The notes beneath the pieces were generated by a model. That model had not been told where the DNA came from, made no database searches, and saw nothing but the letters and a program-made list of their open reading frames with translations. Both the position numbers and the translations under genes were made by a program. A stretch of DNA of 30,904 bases from Octopus sinensis (lineage: Eukaryota), in contig NW_021832478.1 of the NCBI RefSeq assembly GCF_006345805.1, positions 1 through 30,904 on the forward strand. The letters run 5' to 3'. The first letter of the stretch is position 1; each line of letters opens with the position of its first letter. Positions 12,558 through 23,857 of this stretch are shown piece after piece.

Positions 12558-12671
12558 TTCTTCTTCTTCTTCTTCTTCTTCTTCTTCTTCTTCTTCTTCT
12601 TCTTCTTCTTCTTCTTCTTCTTCTTCTTCTTCTTCTTCTTCTTCTTCTTCTTCTTCTTCTTCTTCTTCTTC
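12558..12671. repeat. Perfect (TTC)~38 trinucleotide repeat
   Basis: Uninterrupted TTC run; source of the poly-K and poly-R ORFs. Confidence 0.97.
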
Positions 12672-12777
12672 TTTCGATATAAATAATTAACACAATGCAA
12701 TTTGATGCAGACACATACACACACATACACATTTACACACACATACATACACACATACAAGCATAATACATGCATAT

Positions 12778-12808
<31 letters not shown>

Positions 12809-13169
12809 CAAACATACATGCATACATACAGACAGACGTATCTATATTTGTATATGCGTGTATTACTGTGAACCTGTGTGTGGAATAGTGTGAGTATAAT
12901 CGCGTGTGTTTAACTATAAGAATACAGAAGGATAGATATATGAAAATACATCGTACGTAAGCATTTTAAACTTAATAAAATACGAAATGTGTGTGAGCAT
13001 GTGGTGTGCACGAATGTGTTAGTACGTGCGTGTGTGACATAAGTGACTACTAGCATACATTTAGACGCACACATTATATATATATAAAGAGAGAGAGAAA
13101 GAGAGAGAGTGAGGGATAGATATTCATATACATTGATAGTCAAATAGATTAGAGGTATGCATATAGATG

Positions 13170-13239
13170 TATAACTGTGTATATATACGCACTGGAATAT
13201 ATATATATATATATATATATATTTAAACAACACACACAC

Positions 13240-13271
<32 letters not shown>

Positions 13272-13350
13272 GTATATATATATACACATATATATACATA
13301 TATACATGTTATACTATATATCTATATATATAATTATATATATATATATA

Positions 13351-13388
<38 letters not shown>

Positions 13389-13445
13389 CTATATGTTCAT
13401 ATATCTACATACATATATATGCGAATGAGCGTGCGTGTGTGTGTA
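13170..13445. repeat. (TA)n/(TG)n microsatellite
   Basis: Direct inspection. Confidence 0.9.
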
Positions 13446-13694
13446 TAGAAACAAAGAGATGATACCGGAAAGTCCGAATGTTATTGGAGGAAGTGCGTTG
13501 GGATTGAACTTACAATAGCCATCTACATAAACTTTCTCACTCATTACGCCTCTGCGTTCTGAAAATGTACCTTTACCAAATAAAGTGTACTTCATATTCA
13601 AGGCTCTGCTGAAGCTGTAGGATCTTACTCAGGTACTCAACTAAGCGTCTACGGCATCTTATAGCAGTTGCAGTTGTAAGTTCTTTTTTTTTTT

Positions 13695-14151
13695 CTCTCT
13701 TTTTACTTGTTTGAGTCATTTGACTGTGGCCATGCTGTAGCACCGCCTTTAGTCGAGCAAATCGACCACAAGACTTATTCTTCGTAAGCCTAGTACTTAT
13801 TCTATCGGTCTCTTTTGCCGAACCGCTAGCTTACGGGGATGTAAACACACCAACATCGGTTGCCAAGTGATGTTGTGTGTGTGTGTGGTGAGGGACAAAC
13901 ACAGACACACAAACACACACACACACACACACACTCAAACAATCACACACACATACACACATATATAAATATATATATACATATATACGACGGGCTTCTT
14001 TCAGCTTCCATCTTCCAAATCCACTCACAAGGCTTTGGTCGGCCCATGGCTATAGTAGAAGACACTTGTCCAAGTTGCCACGCAGTTGGACTGAACCCGG
14101 ATCCATGTGGTTCGTAAGCAAGCTACTTACCACACAGCCACTCCTACGCCT
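13695..14151 (-). mobile_element. SINE family A, full-length copy nested in the RTE relic
   Basis: Head AGGCGTAGGAGTGGCTGTGTGGTAAGTAGCTTG (A box TGGCTGTGTGG), B box GGTTCAGTCC; collinear with the other copies. Confidence 0.93.
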
Positions 14152-15038
14152 ATAAAGTTCATTACATAATATGTGGCCTTTCCTGTGTCATCTCTTTTTT
14201 TTTTACTATTACAACTGTATACCCATATAACATTGTGTTCTAGACCATAACCATCATGAGTTCTACATCAGGTCATTAGATATTGATGTCAATCTTCACA
14301 TTGAGAGGTACATCACAAGGGTCCCAAGTCTGTTATGAAGCTGACCTAATGTCAAGTAGGACGGGTTGTATTTTCTTATCCATCTTCACGCAGCTGGAAC
14401 CTATAGCGCCTGTGGAGCCTAGAGACATGAAGGAATCAACTGTTTTATTTGCTTATCATAAGAAAAGAATTAGGTATGACCGAGGATGGATTATATGTCA
14501 GGAGTGGCTGCTAAGTCTAGTCTTTTTCTCAATAATTATTTCACGGAAGTTGCTGAAATATCAGAAAAAGTAATGCAAGTTATGCATCTTCTAGATTGTG
14601 AGCTACAAATGCGCAGTCATCGAATAAATGACTGGGAGCGGGTGCTCGAACTAAGTGAAACCATTTTGCTTTGGTCATAAAATGTTATTGATTGTGTGGT
14701 CTTTCATTTGTTCTTAATTGGACATCAACATGCTCGAAAATATCTTAAAAAGCGTTTTTCGACCATAGATCCAAGTGAAAGTAGATAATGGAATTTTTGC
14801 TTAAGTATAATAAGTTTGACTAGAACTTTGTAGAGAGTCTCCCTAAATACAGTGTCAAATTCCCCGGCGAGATATAGAAAAAATATGTAGGGCTTCTTAT
14901 TGTATGATTTTGCTTTTATTTACAAATACTTTAAGCGTACCTCTATCAGAACAAAAACCTACACTGATTTTCAAATAACAGTGCATCTGAAAGAGAAATT
15001 TTGAACCTGTTGAGAATAACTCATTCAAGAATCTTACC

Positions 15039-15270
15039 TATTTCATTACTACCCACAAGGGGCTACACACAGAGGGGACAAACAAGGATAGACAGACGGA
15101 TTAAGTCGACTATATCGACCCCAGTGCGTAACTGGTACTTAATTTATCGACCCCAAAAGGATGAAAGGCAAAGTCGACTTCGTCGGAATTTGAACTCAGA
15201 ACGTAACGGCAGGCGAAATATCGCTAAGCATTTCGCCAGGCGCACTGGCGTTTCTGCCAGCTCGCTGCTT
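15039..15270 (-). mobile_element. SINE family B, full-length copy with target-site duplication
   Basis: Reverse complement of 30301-30540. A-box-like TGGCAGAAACG and B box GAGTTCAAATTCC. Flanks tcattcaagaatcttacc (15021-15038) and tcatgcaagaatcttacc (15281-15298) are 17/18 identical. Confidence 0.93.
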
Positions 15271-15637
15271 TCAAGAAGATTCATGCAAGAATCTTACCAG
15301 TCACAGAAAAGTAGGATACTGGTCTGTGGTTGCCACATTCGCACCATTTTCCTTTGGCTGTAGACGCGGACGAATGGATGCGTTCTTTAATTGCTGAAGA
15401 ACTGATCCTTTGTCCAATTCTTCCACTATTGCGTATGTTTAAACTCCCTCTGTCTCTGTCTCTACGTTGAGAGATAGGTTAAACTCAGCATATGGAATCT
15501 TTGCTTGACATGACGTTCCAATAACTGGGATATCTTAGAAACAGCTATCAGAGACAATCTGAACCTTTAATTATAAATGTTCTTATCTAGTCTTGCAAAA
15601 AAACAATTTTCTCTTTCTTTTCTACTTCAATTTGTGC

Positions 15638-15638
<1 letters not shown>

Positions 15639-15722
<84 letters not shown>

Positions 15723-15741
15723 TTGTGTGTGTGTGTATGTA
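15639..15741. repeat. (TG)n microsatellite
   Basis: Direct inspection. Confidence 0.97.
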
Positions 15742-16739
15742 TACACGCCAGATGTGACGAAGAGCTAAGCAATAGCACTAGCAGAATCAACAGTAATTCA
15801 TCTACCAAACACATTTAACAATACGACGCGGACGATCTGTAAGCGGTCGCATTGCTTTTTAAGAAATAGCAGCTAAATCCCTCTCGAATTAACAACCCGT
15901 TCTTCAAAGGGAAAGGATACACTGGAAAATGAAGCCGAAGATAGGCGAGATGGTCATGGCTCTCACATTTTTCAGAATAAAACGGCTGAGCAAACGCTAA
16001 ATAAAAACTACTGTTATTATCCCGTTCCTACCAACACCACCACCTCTACTATCACCGCTACAACCAGCACTGTTAACTATACTACTAATCTAAACACATC
16101 AACATCATGATAGCAGTCAGACAAGTGATAGTACTGACAGTGGTATGGTGATGTGTTGGTGGTAGTGGTATGCGTGATGATAGCAGTGATGGTGTCGACA
16201 GCGGTGTAATAATGATGATAGCATGATAGCATTATCACCATAGTGATTGAGATGGTGTTGATGTTGGCGGTGGCGCTGTGATGATGATAATGATGATGAT
16301 GATGATGATGATGATGATAGCTTATATTGATGAGAGTGGTGGTGTTATTCCTGCAAAGCTAGAACAGGCGCCTGGTCATGTGACTCCTATCGTAATGAAC
16401 AAGAGTGTGTACACACGTTATTCACACACGTGTATCGGTGTCGCTGTAGATACGATCGCAAAAACACGAATCCAGTCACTGTATATACACACAGATATAT
16501 ATATATATATATATATATAGATATTCATTCATATATATTATTTTTTGCGTCATCAATATATGTGTGTGTGTATGTATGTATGTATGTATATACATACATA
16601 CATACATACACTCACATACATATATGCACACACATATACATATATTTATCAGCATGCACGTATATATGCGTGTACGTGCGGGTGTGTACGTGCGGGTGTG
16701 TACGTATGGATATCTAGCAAGTATATAAGCCTAGTTATG

Positions 16740-17390
16740 AAACCTTGTTACTTCCTCTGTCATCTGGAGCAACTAAAGGGCCTAGATAAATCCCTGACAT
16801 TATTTCCCCAAATCATCCCAGTGCTACTTCTATGCTTCTTGTTAGGGACCAAATGGACTCAGAAATGAAGACTTCTTTGTTTTCACTTCCAAACATAAAT
16901 TTTCCCACGAAGTAGAGAAAATAATCAATGGCCACTCACGAGCCGATTTAACACTGTTTCTGTGCACCTTTAATTAATTCTAATAATCTAGACACCATTT
17001 TTGCTTTTCGCTTGTCGACATTGATGTCTGACAGGAGAGTTTGAGTAATTGCGGTTCCCTAATGTTGTTCTACCTTATGGAACAAACTAAAAATGGTTTC
17101 TGTTGACACACAGCAACATAGTGGTTTGTGTGTACTGTCATTTTCTGCCGCAGTTCGATGGATTTCGAATACAATCAAAGTCTTCTGCGATCCTTCACCG
17201 TGAGCTTTGCCTTCAATTCAGAATAATGCAGGCCAGAATTTGTTTTCACCTGGTTTTGGAATGCCAGCACAATTATGGACACGGTATCACGTGAAATATT
17301 AAAATAATTCAGCAGTTTTAGTGGCTGAGGTTCTAGCCATCTGCGCTTTAAAAATTTGCACTCTAAGGAAATCAAACAGGTCACGCACCT
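16740..17390 (-). mobile_element. Older Tc1-family transposase relic (N-terminal two-thirds)
   Basis: Minus strand VRDLFDFLRVQIFKAQMARTSATKTAELF/NISRDTVSIIVLAFQNQVKTNSG...KLTVKDRRRL aligns with the N-terminus of ORF 24468..24926; later GKIYVWK and LVPNKKHRSSTGMIWG. No TIRs found. Confidence 0.8.
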
Positions 17391-17633
17391 CAACTTATTC
17401 AAATATATAAAAAGAATAGAAAAAGAAAAGAAAAAGAAAAGCGGTGTGGATCATACACATCAAGGTATGCATAACACATACACACATATATATGTATTAG
17501 AATAATTTTAAATTTGTCATATTGCAGATAGAGAGAATACATAACACGCATATCCATGTATCTACAGATATATATATATATATATATAATATCACGCACA
17601 CACACACAGACATAAGCATATCAACAGGTCCTC

Positions 17634-17705
17634 AGATAGATAGATAGATAGATGAATGGATGGATACACAGTCAAACAGATAGATAGACAGACAGAGAGA
17701 CAGGC

Positions 17706-17800
<95 letters not shown>

Positions 17801-17850
17801 CAGATCGATAGATAGGTAGACAGAAAACAGACAGACAGAGAGATAGAATG
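17634..17850. repeat. (GATA)n/(GACA)n array
   Basis: Direct inspection. Confidence 0.95.
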
Positions 17851-18215
17851 ATAGATTAAGCGAAAGGACGAAAAGATGAAAGAAAGAGAGAGAAAAAGAG
17901 AAAGAGGAGAAAGGGAGGATTTCCCGGGGTATGTCGTACATACTGGAACACTACCTAAACGTTCACATGTGTATACAGCAAAGCTCACATGCGCTTGATA
18001 ATTAGTATTTTAGCGAAATGAAATAGAAATCTTAGCTCTTGTTTTACATAATGTGGTCTGACATCTTGACACAATATGGCCTCCGGCTAAGGTCGATGAA
18101 GTCAGTGTGTATGTGTGTCTGTGTTTACGCTTATGAATGGTGGATATTTACTACTTTATATGATCATGTATGTGTTTGTTAGTTTTTCAACACACTTTCG
18201 CATGTGTGTGTGTGC

Positions 18216-18251
<36 letters not shown>

Positions 18252-18432
18252 TCATCTAAGTTTATATATATGTAAGTATATATATATATATATATATAAA
18301 TGGATGTAAGTATATATGTATGTATATATGTATTTATGTATTCTGTGTATACAAGAAAGACAAAGAAAGAGAGGGGGATAGAAAGAGAGAGAGAGGGGAT
18401 ACAGGGACATTTTTATTGTAAGCGAGAGTGAA

Positions 18433-18466
<34 letters not shown>

Positions 18467-18998
18467 AGGGAGGGGAGACGGATCACTAAAGGTTATATTA
18501 TTATTCTTTTGCTGGTTTCATTAATGGAATTGCGGCCATGCTGTTGCAAAAGAGTCAAGGATTTTAGTGACTCTTACGGACCCTAGTTCTCGTTTCAGCC
18601 TTCTAATTATGTAACACTTAGTAATTTGACGATTCGCCATTTATTTACTTATTTTGTTGTTTTTTATTTGCTTACTTTTTATTATTGCTTGAATATTTAA
18701 TAAAGGGCCATTGGTCGATCTATCAGTTACAATCCATAAATATAATCATAGATATGTACACATAAATTATAATAGGTACGGACATACATAGAAACTTCTT
18801 ATACACACACACACACATTGATATATTCCTTTTAGGCTTAAGACACTCACACACACAAGCATACACACACACGTACACACATCAGCTCGTTTTGGATTTC
18901 AATTATAGCCATTCTTGATGCCGTAGACCTAGTCTTGGATGAAGAATTCGCAGTTTAAGTTCTATTCACTTGAGTTAGATATGGTAAAGAGATTCGGG

Positions 18999-19327
18999 AG
19001 TGTCTTCTACTGTGACCTTGGGACGACCAAAGCCATGTGAGAGGATTTACTAGAGGGAAACTGAACGAAGCCATCGTATATGTATGCATGTATTTGTGTA
19101 TGTGTGCGAGTGTTTGGGAGAGAGAGAAAGAGAGATTTTGTGTCTGTCTTTGTCCCCGACCAACGCTTAACAACTGTTGTTGGTGTGCTTATGTCCCCCT
19201 AAATTAGCGGTTCAGCAAAATGAACCAACATAATAAGTACCAGGCTTTAGAAAAGATCGAGGTTCCGGGATTGATTCGTTCGGTGCTCCAGCATGGCTAC
19301 AGACTGATGGCTGAAACAAGTAAAAGG
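18999..19327 (+). mobile_element. SINE family A, diverged 5'-truncated copy in the opposite orientation
   Basis: agtgtcttctact...gaccaaagccatgtgag...gaaactgaacgaagcc...tagcggttcagcaaaa...ggtgctccagcatggc...gctgaaacaagtaaaag is the sense version of the minus-strand copies; the tRNA head is missing. Confidence 0.85.
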
Positions 19328-19427
19328 TAAGAGGTATATGTGTGTATGTGTGATTGTGTGTGTCTGTGTGTATGTATGTATGTATGTATGTATGTAGTTT
19401 AACGCTCGAAAAGGTGAGAAGGTTGTT

Positions 19428-19460
19428 TACGTTTCGAGCCTACGCTCTTCAACTGAAAGG
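19428..19460 (-). ncRNA. Degenerate minimal hammerhead-ribozyme-like motif (Penelope terminal-repeat type)
   Basis: Minus strand CAGTTGA-A-GAGC-GTAG-GCTC-GAAAC: a perfect 4-bp stem II followed by GAAAC, but the CUGANGA box carries two substitutions. Stems I and III are not clearly recoverable. Confidence 0.4.
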
Positions 19461-19669
19461 AACACAAGAAAATAAACAGAATAAAAAAGAACTTCTGGAG
19501 CTAGCGATGTAGTTAGGTATGTATGTACATGTCACTGTCTCCCCCTCTCTTTCTCTACATGTGTGTGTGTGTGTGTGTGTGAGTGTATTATACGAATATG
19601 TGTATGTGTGTGTACATAAATGGGGTGTATATATGAGTATTTACATAGAAGAAAAAAAACTAACAATCC

Positions 19670-19824
19670 ATGTGCGCACATGCACATATACATACATACA
19701 TACATACATACATACATACATACATACATACATACATACACACATACATGCATACATACATGCATACATGAATGCATACATACATGAATACATACGCATA
19801 CGCTGTAAGCTTGATTGATAGAAC

Positions 19825-19890
<66 letters not shown>
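19670..19890. repeat. (CATA)n and (GATA)n arrays
   Basis: Direct inspection. Confidence 0.95.
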
Positions 19891-20263
19891 GAGTCAGAGA
19901 TTGGGAGTTTGATGAAAGGTTGCTGGAAGCGGTCAATCTTATAATCAGTCGATACCATTATACAGGCTGTAGGGGTGTGAACGTATGTGTGACAATGTTC
20001 GTACTAAGCTTCATTAAGCTGTTATTTACAATCTGTCATTAGATAGACTGTATAATTCCCTTACCCCATTCAATGTTGCTGCGATGGAGTCGGCGGCAGT
20101 ATATAATGGTGATGCCAGTCGTAGTGGTGGTAATGATGGTGATGTTGGCTATAATAGCGGTGGCCGGTAGCCGTGAATAATTACAATTTGATGTATATGT
20201 GTATATGTGTGCGCATACACATACATATCTATATCTATGTGTATATGTGTGTTTGTATGTGGC

Positions 20264-20330
<67 letters not shown>

Positions 20331-21194
20331 CAATAATAAATCTCTGAGCAAGATGTAAACAGTAGCAGCATGAAATCGTGAAGTATATTTGCCACCTAAA
20401 TGTGGCTGACCTATATGGGGCGATGCTACTGTAGTTTATAGCCCTAGGAAGACATCTGCCCCAGCTGGCTAATGACATATGTTATATATATATATATTTG
20501 TACAAATATATTTTATATATACATAGTTATGTATTATGGATATGTGTGTGCATGTGTGTGTGTATGTATGACTGCATGTATATAAAAAAAATCCAAGAAT
20601 TATTGATTTCAAACAAGAATAAGGATTTCAAAATCCAGGCAGATACTTTCTAAACACTTTGTTTTAATCTAAACAAAGCTACTGAAAAAAATGCACGAAA
20701 GGAACATATGTCGGAACTTTATATGCGGTATACTATTAAATAGGCATATTCCTCCATTACACGCACGCACACAGACACACAGACACACACAAATATATAC
20801 ACATATACATATACACGCGTATATTTACATAAACCTGCATGGAATTTTCATGTGTACCATCGAAGTATTTAATACATAACATAATGTAAAGTATTTTGTG
20901 TGAATTACTGTCAGTGATTTACTTCAAGTTTCATGTTTAGTGGAATCACCAATGAAATAGCCGATCAATGCGCAATCCTATGTGTGTGTGTGTGTGGGGG
21001 GGGGCGTGTCTTTGTTTGTGTGATAGAAGCTTTCGAAGAAACTTCAGCAAAATTAGTAAACAAGTGAGAAAAATTAACGGCTCTGGTTCTGGAGAATGAA
21101 TGATTTGTAGCAAGTAGCATGCACCACATTATACTGTTTTACTTTTTTTCAGATTGCGGAAGTTGTGGGGCTACATATAAACAATGATTTGTCA

Positions 21195-22790
21195 TTGAGT
21201 TAGATGAGCTGTCAGAGCATCGGAGAGAATATTTCCTGGTGTGTGTTTCTACTTTTTGTACAAGGGTTCAAATCTCGTGAAGGTCAACTTTGAGTTTCCT
21301 CCTTAAAAAAATGAAAACCAATTCCAGGCGGTGGATTGGCAGAACTTTAAGAATGTTGGACTAGATGTCTTACCACAATTGTCCTGACGCTTGCATTCTT
21401 CTTTGAAATCATGCCATGGTTCCCATTGAAGGTCGATTTAGTCCGTTATCCTATGTAACACCATCACCTAGCACCTTGTAAGCCCTTTGCGCTAAAGTCC
21501 TCTACTTTTCAAGTATTCAAATCCTGTACCCTGTTGGATAACTTCATCCTGACCCACACATCAGGCTTAAATAGACATGACTATTAATTCTGCCAAATCT
21601 ATACCATCACTGATCCTCCTCCATGTTTAACAGTTGAAAGAAGGCAGCCTGAGTCAAATGCTTCTTTTGGCTGTCTCCACACGTATAGTCATGATCAGGT
21701 TTTTTTCTGTCTATACAAAAAGATACAAAGAAGTCACATAGATTATATTGGCGTTTGAGACTTCATTCCACCAGGGTCAACGAAATAGTGCCAGATAAGT
21801 AGATGAGTCCATAAAGTCATCGCTCGTCATCTCCAAATGTTAATTTCTATACTCTCTCACCAGCATCACTCTCTCACGAGAGAATCATTTACGCGTTGGA
21901 AAATTATTTTGCTGATTTCTCCACAGCCTCTACGTTTTGGGTTCAAACGCCGCCGAAGTCAGCTTTGCCTTTTATACCTTAGGGGTCGAATTACCAGTCC
22001 AATACTGAGATCAATGACATCGACGAATCTCTCCCTTGATAGCTACTCATCTTGTGCCTAAATCAGGAACCAATGGTACTAAGAGAGCAGTGGATGGTTG
22101 AATTGGTAGAATGATAGCGAAAATACCCAGAAAAAATTTGATTGCATTCCCTCATATTCTAAGATCAAATCCTGGCACAATTAACTTTGATTTTATCCCT
22201 TTGGGTTCCATAAAATAAGAACCAGTGAAAGCCTTGTAATGGAGTTACATTAAAGTCGACAACATAACTCACTCAAAATGTTTGGCCATGCGCCAATCTT
22301 AGAAATCCTTATTATTTCAAATTTTACAAATTATTACTATTAAATTGACGAGAATGGTGGATGCCACAAATGGTAAAGTGCTGGATTAAAGCAAGATTTG
22401 GCAAGGTTTTCGCTGTTTCATTTACGCGGCTAATGTTTTCTTTCCCCAGAGAAAGCTAAATCAACATACATCACGTCATTAAATAAAATTTGTCCTTATG
22501 ATGTACCTCCAAATGGTCCATGCTTAATTAAAACCACATAATTACCAAAGAAGGAACTCAACCAGAAAGACGGAATTGGAGATATGGGAGAGATTAAGCG
22601 TTACTAACTCACAGTATTTTGTTTCGTAACTCCATGGCGTAGGTTCAAATCCCTTCACCAACAACTTTACACTTAAACCTGAATGTCAGTCCTCGTGGAA
22701 TTCAGTAATACTTCTAGAATTATTGTTCGGGGTAGTTGATATTTACTCCGAAGATCGCTTGCTTCTGAAGAAGTATAGAAGTAGCATGGT
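21195..22790 (+). mobile_element. Cluster of old, same-orientation SINE-B-related fragments
   Basis: Recurrent B-box-plus-core motif: gggttcaaatctcgtgaaggtcaactttg (~21264), ggcggtggattggcagaac (~21327), gggttcaaacgccgccgaagtcagctttgcctttt (~21939), agatcaaatcctggcacaattaactttg (~22162), ggttcaaatcccttcaccaacaacttt (~22642). Confidence 0.6.
21566..21689 (-). mobile_element. Internal fragment of the Tc1 element family seen at 23858-25114
   Basis: cttaaatagac..gactattaattctgcc and atcac.gatcctcc...tgtttaacagttg.aagaaggcag...tcaaatgcttcttttggctgtctccacacgtata match 24279-24445, with about 45-50 bp missing. Confidence 0.88.
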
Positions 22791-22949
22791 GGATAATCCC
22801 AAAATCATTTGAAATAAAAAGTCTTCCTTATTATTTCAATTTTTATAAAAAATGAAGGTGGATTCACATTTTTACCAGTTCATCCGAAGAAACAGTGAAA
22901 TTTACGCCTAAAATGGAATCGATGCTTCATCCACTACTCACATAAATCT

Positions 22950-22977
22950 TACATATGCATACACATACATACATACA

Positions 22978-23011
<34 letters not shown>

Positions 23012-23141
23012 CATACATACATACATACATACATACATACATTCATCTATATATATAAATATATATATACTCACATGCACACACATATATAAATGTTTGT
23101 CTGTAAATGTGTGTGTGTGTGTGTGTGTGGTGTGTGTGTAT
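22950..23141. repeat. (CATA)n/(TA)n/(TG)n microsatellite
   Basis: Direct inspection. Confidence 0.95.
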
Positions 23142-23857
23142 GAGTAGCGTGGACGATGTAAAAGTCTGCGCTCTTTCATTAATTTATCTCCTTTTTTCTT
23201 TTACTTGAAGAAGGACGCTATCCGAACCGTTGCATTTTCCACGCCTTAAAACAAGATCATTGTACTCTTTCCACCGAATGTACTGCATACAAAAACGAAC
23301 ACCAGCCTCTTCAGTGTATTTTTGATCATCTTCATTTGTGTGTGTGTACGTTTTTAAATAAGCATAGGAGTGTAAAATAACGAGCAATAATATTCATATT
23401 GTTCATTAAACATACAAAAGTGCCCTTCGAAGAAAGCTCTGCTACTACAATAACAGGACCTTCATCCAAATAGTTTCGGCTTTTATTGACTTCTCTTTAC
23501 AAGGTGATCACTGATTTACTGGCAACATAGTTAATATAATCGTAAAGCTATTCATATCATACATGCACTCGGACAGAATTCAAGTGCTCTATTTACATTA
23601 CTACTTACCCTAAACGTCTATAGTACAGCTAATTAAGGAATTAAGGGTCCAATTAATGAATGGTTCTGATTGTATCCGTGCGTGAACTTGTGTATGAGTG
23701 TGAGAGTGAAAGAAAATGAATATAAGAGTGAAATAGCATATTTCGTGAATCAGATTTACGACTCCAGTTTTTCGAAAGTAAACACGCGCACACACACACA
23801 CAGACACACACACACAACACACACACACACACACACATGTATATGTATGTATATATG

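Larger units (their letters stand above)
13560..15420 (-). mobile_element. RTE-clade LINE relic (RT domain), interrupted by two SINEs
   Basis: Ordered minus-strand peptides: KGKWCECGNHRPVS..SVTGKILA (~15290-15360); VILNR...ENQCRF and NKKPYIFFLYLAGEFDTVFRETLYKVLVKL (~14815-15020); LFDDCAFVAHNLEDA (catalytic FADD motif, ~14585-14630); TVDSFMSLGST (~14410-14442); TMLYG (~14225); LSKILQL (~13615-13635). Stops and frameshifts throughout. Confidence 0.82.

Noticed and set aside
12146-12823. 225-aa poly-Lys ORF
   Set aside because: Produced by (GAA)n and TATG repeats.
14070-14151. tRNA-like A and B boxes
   Set aside because: This is a SINE head contiguous with the SINE body in all copies; no complete cloverleaf or Pol III terminator.
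15855-16010. Segment reminiscent of another octopus SINE 3' region
   Set aside because: Single diverged copy supported only by recollection; not verifiable within the window.
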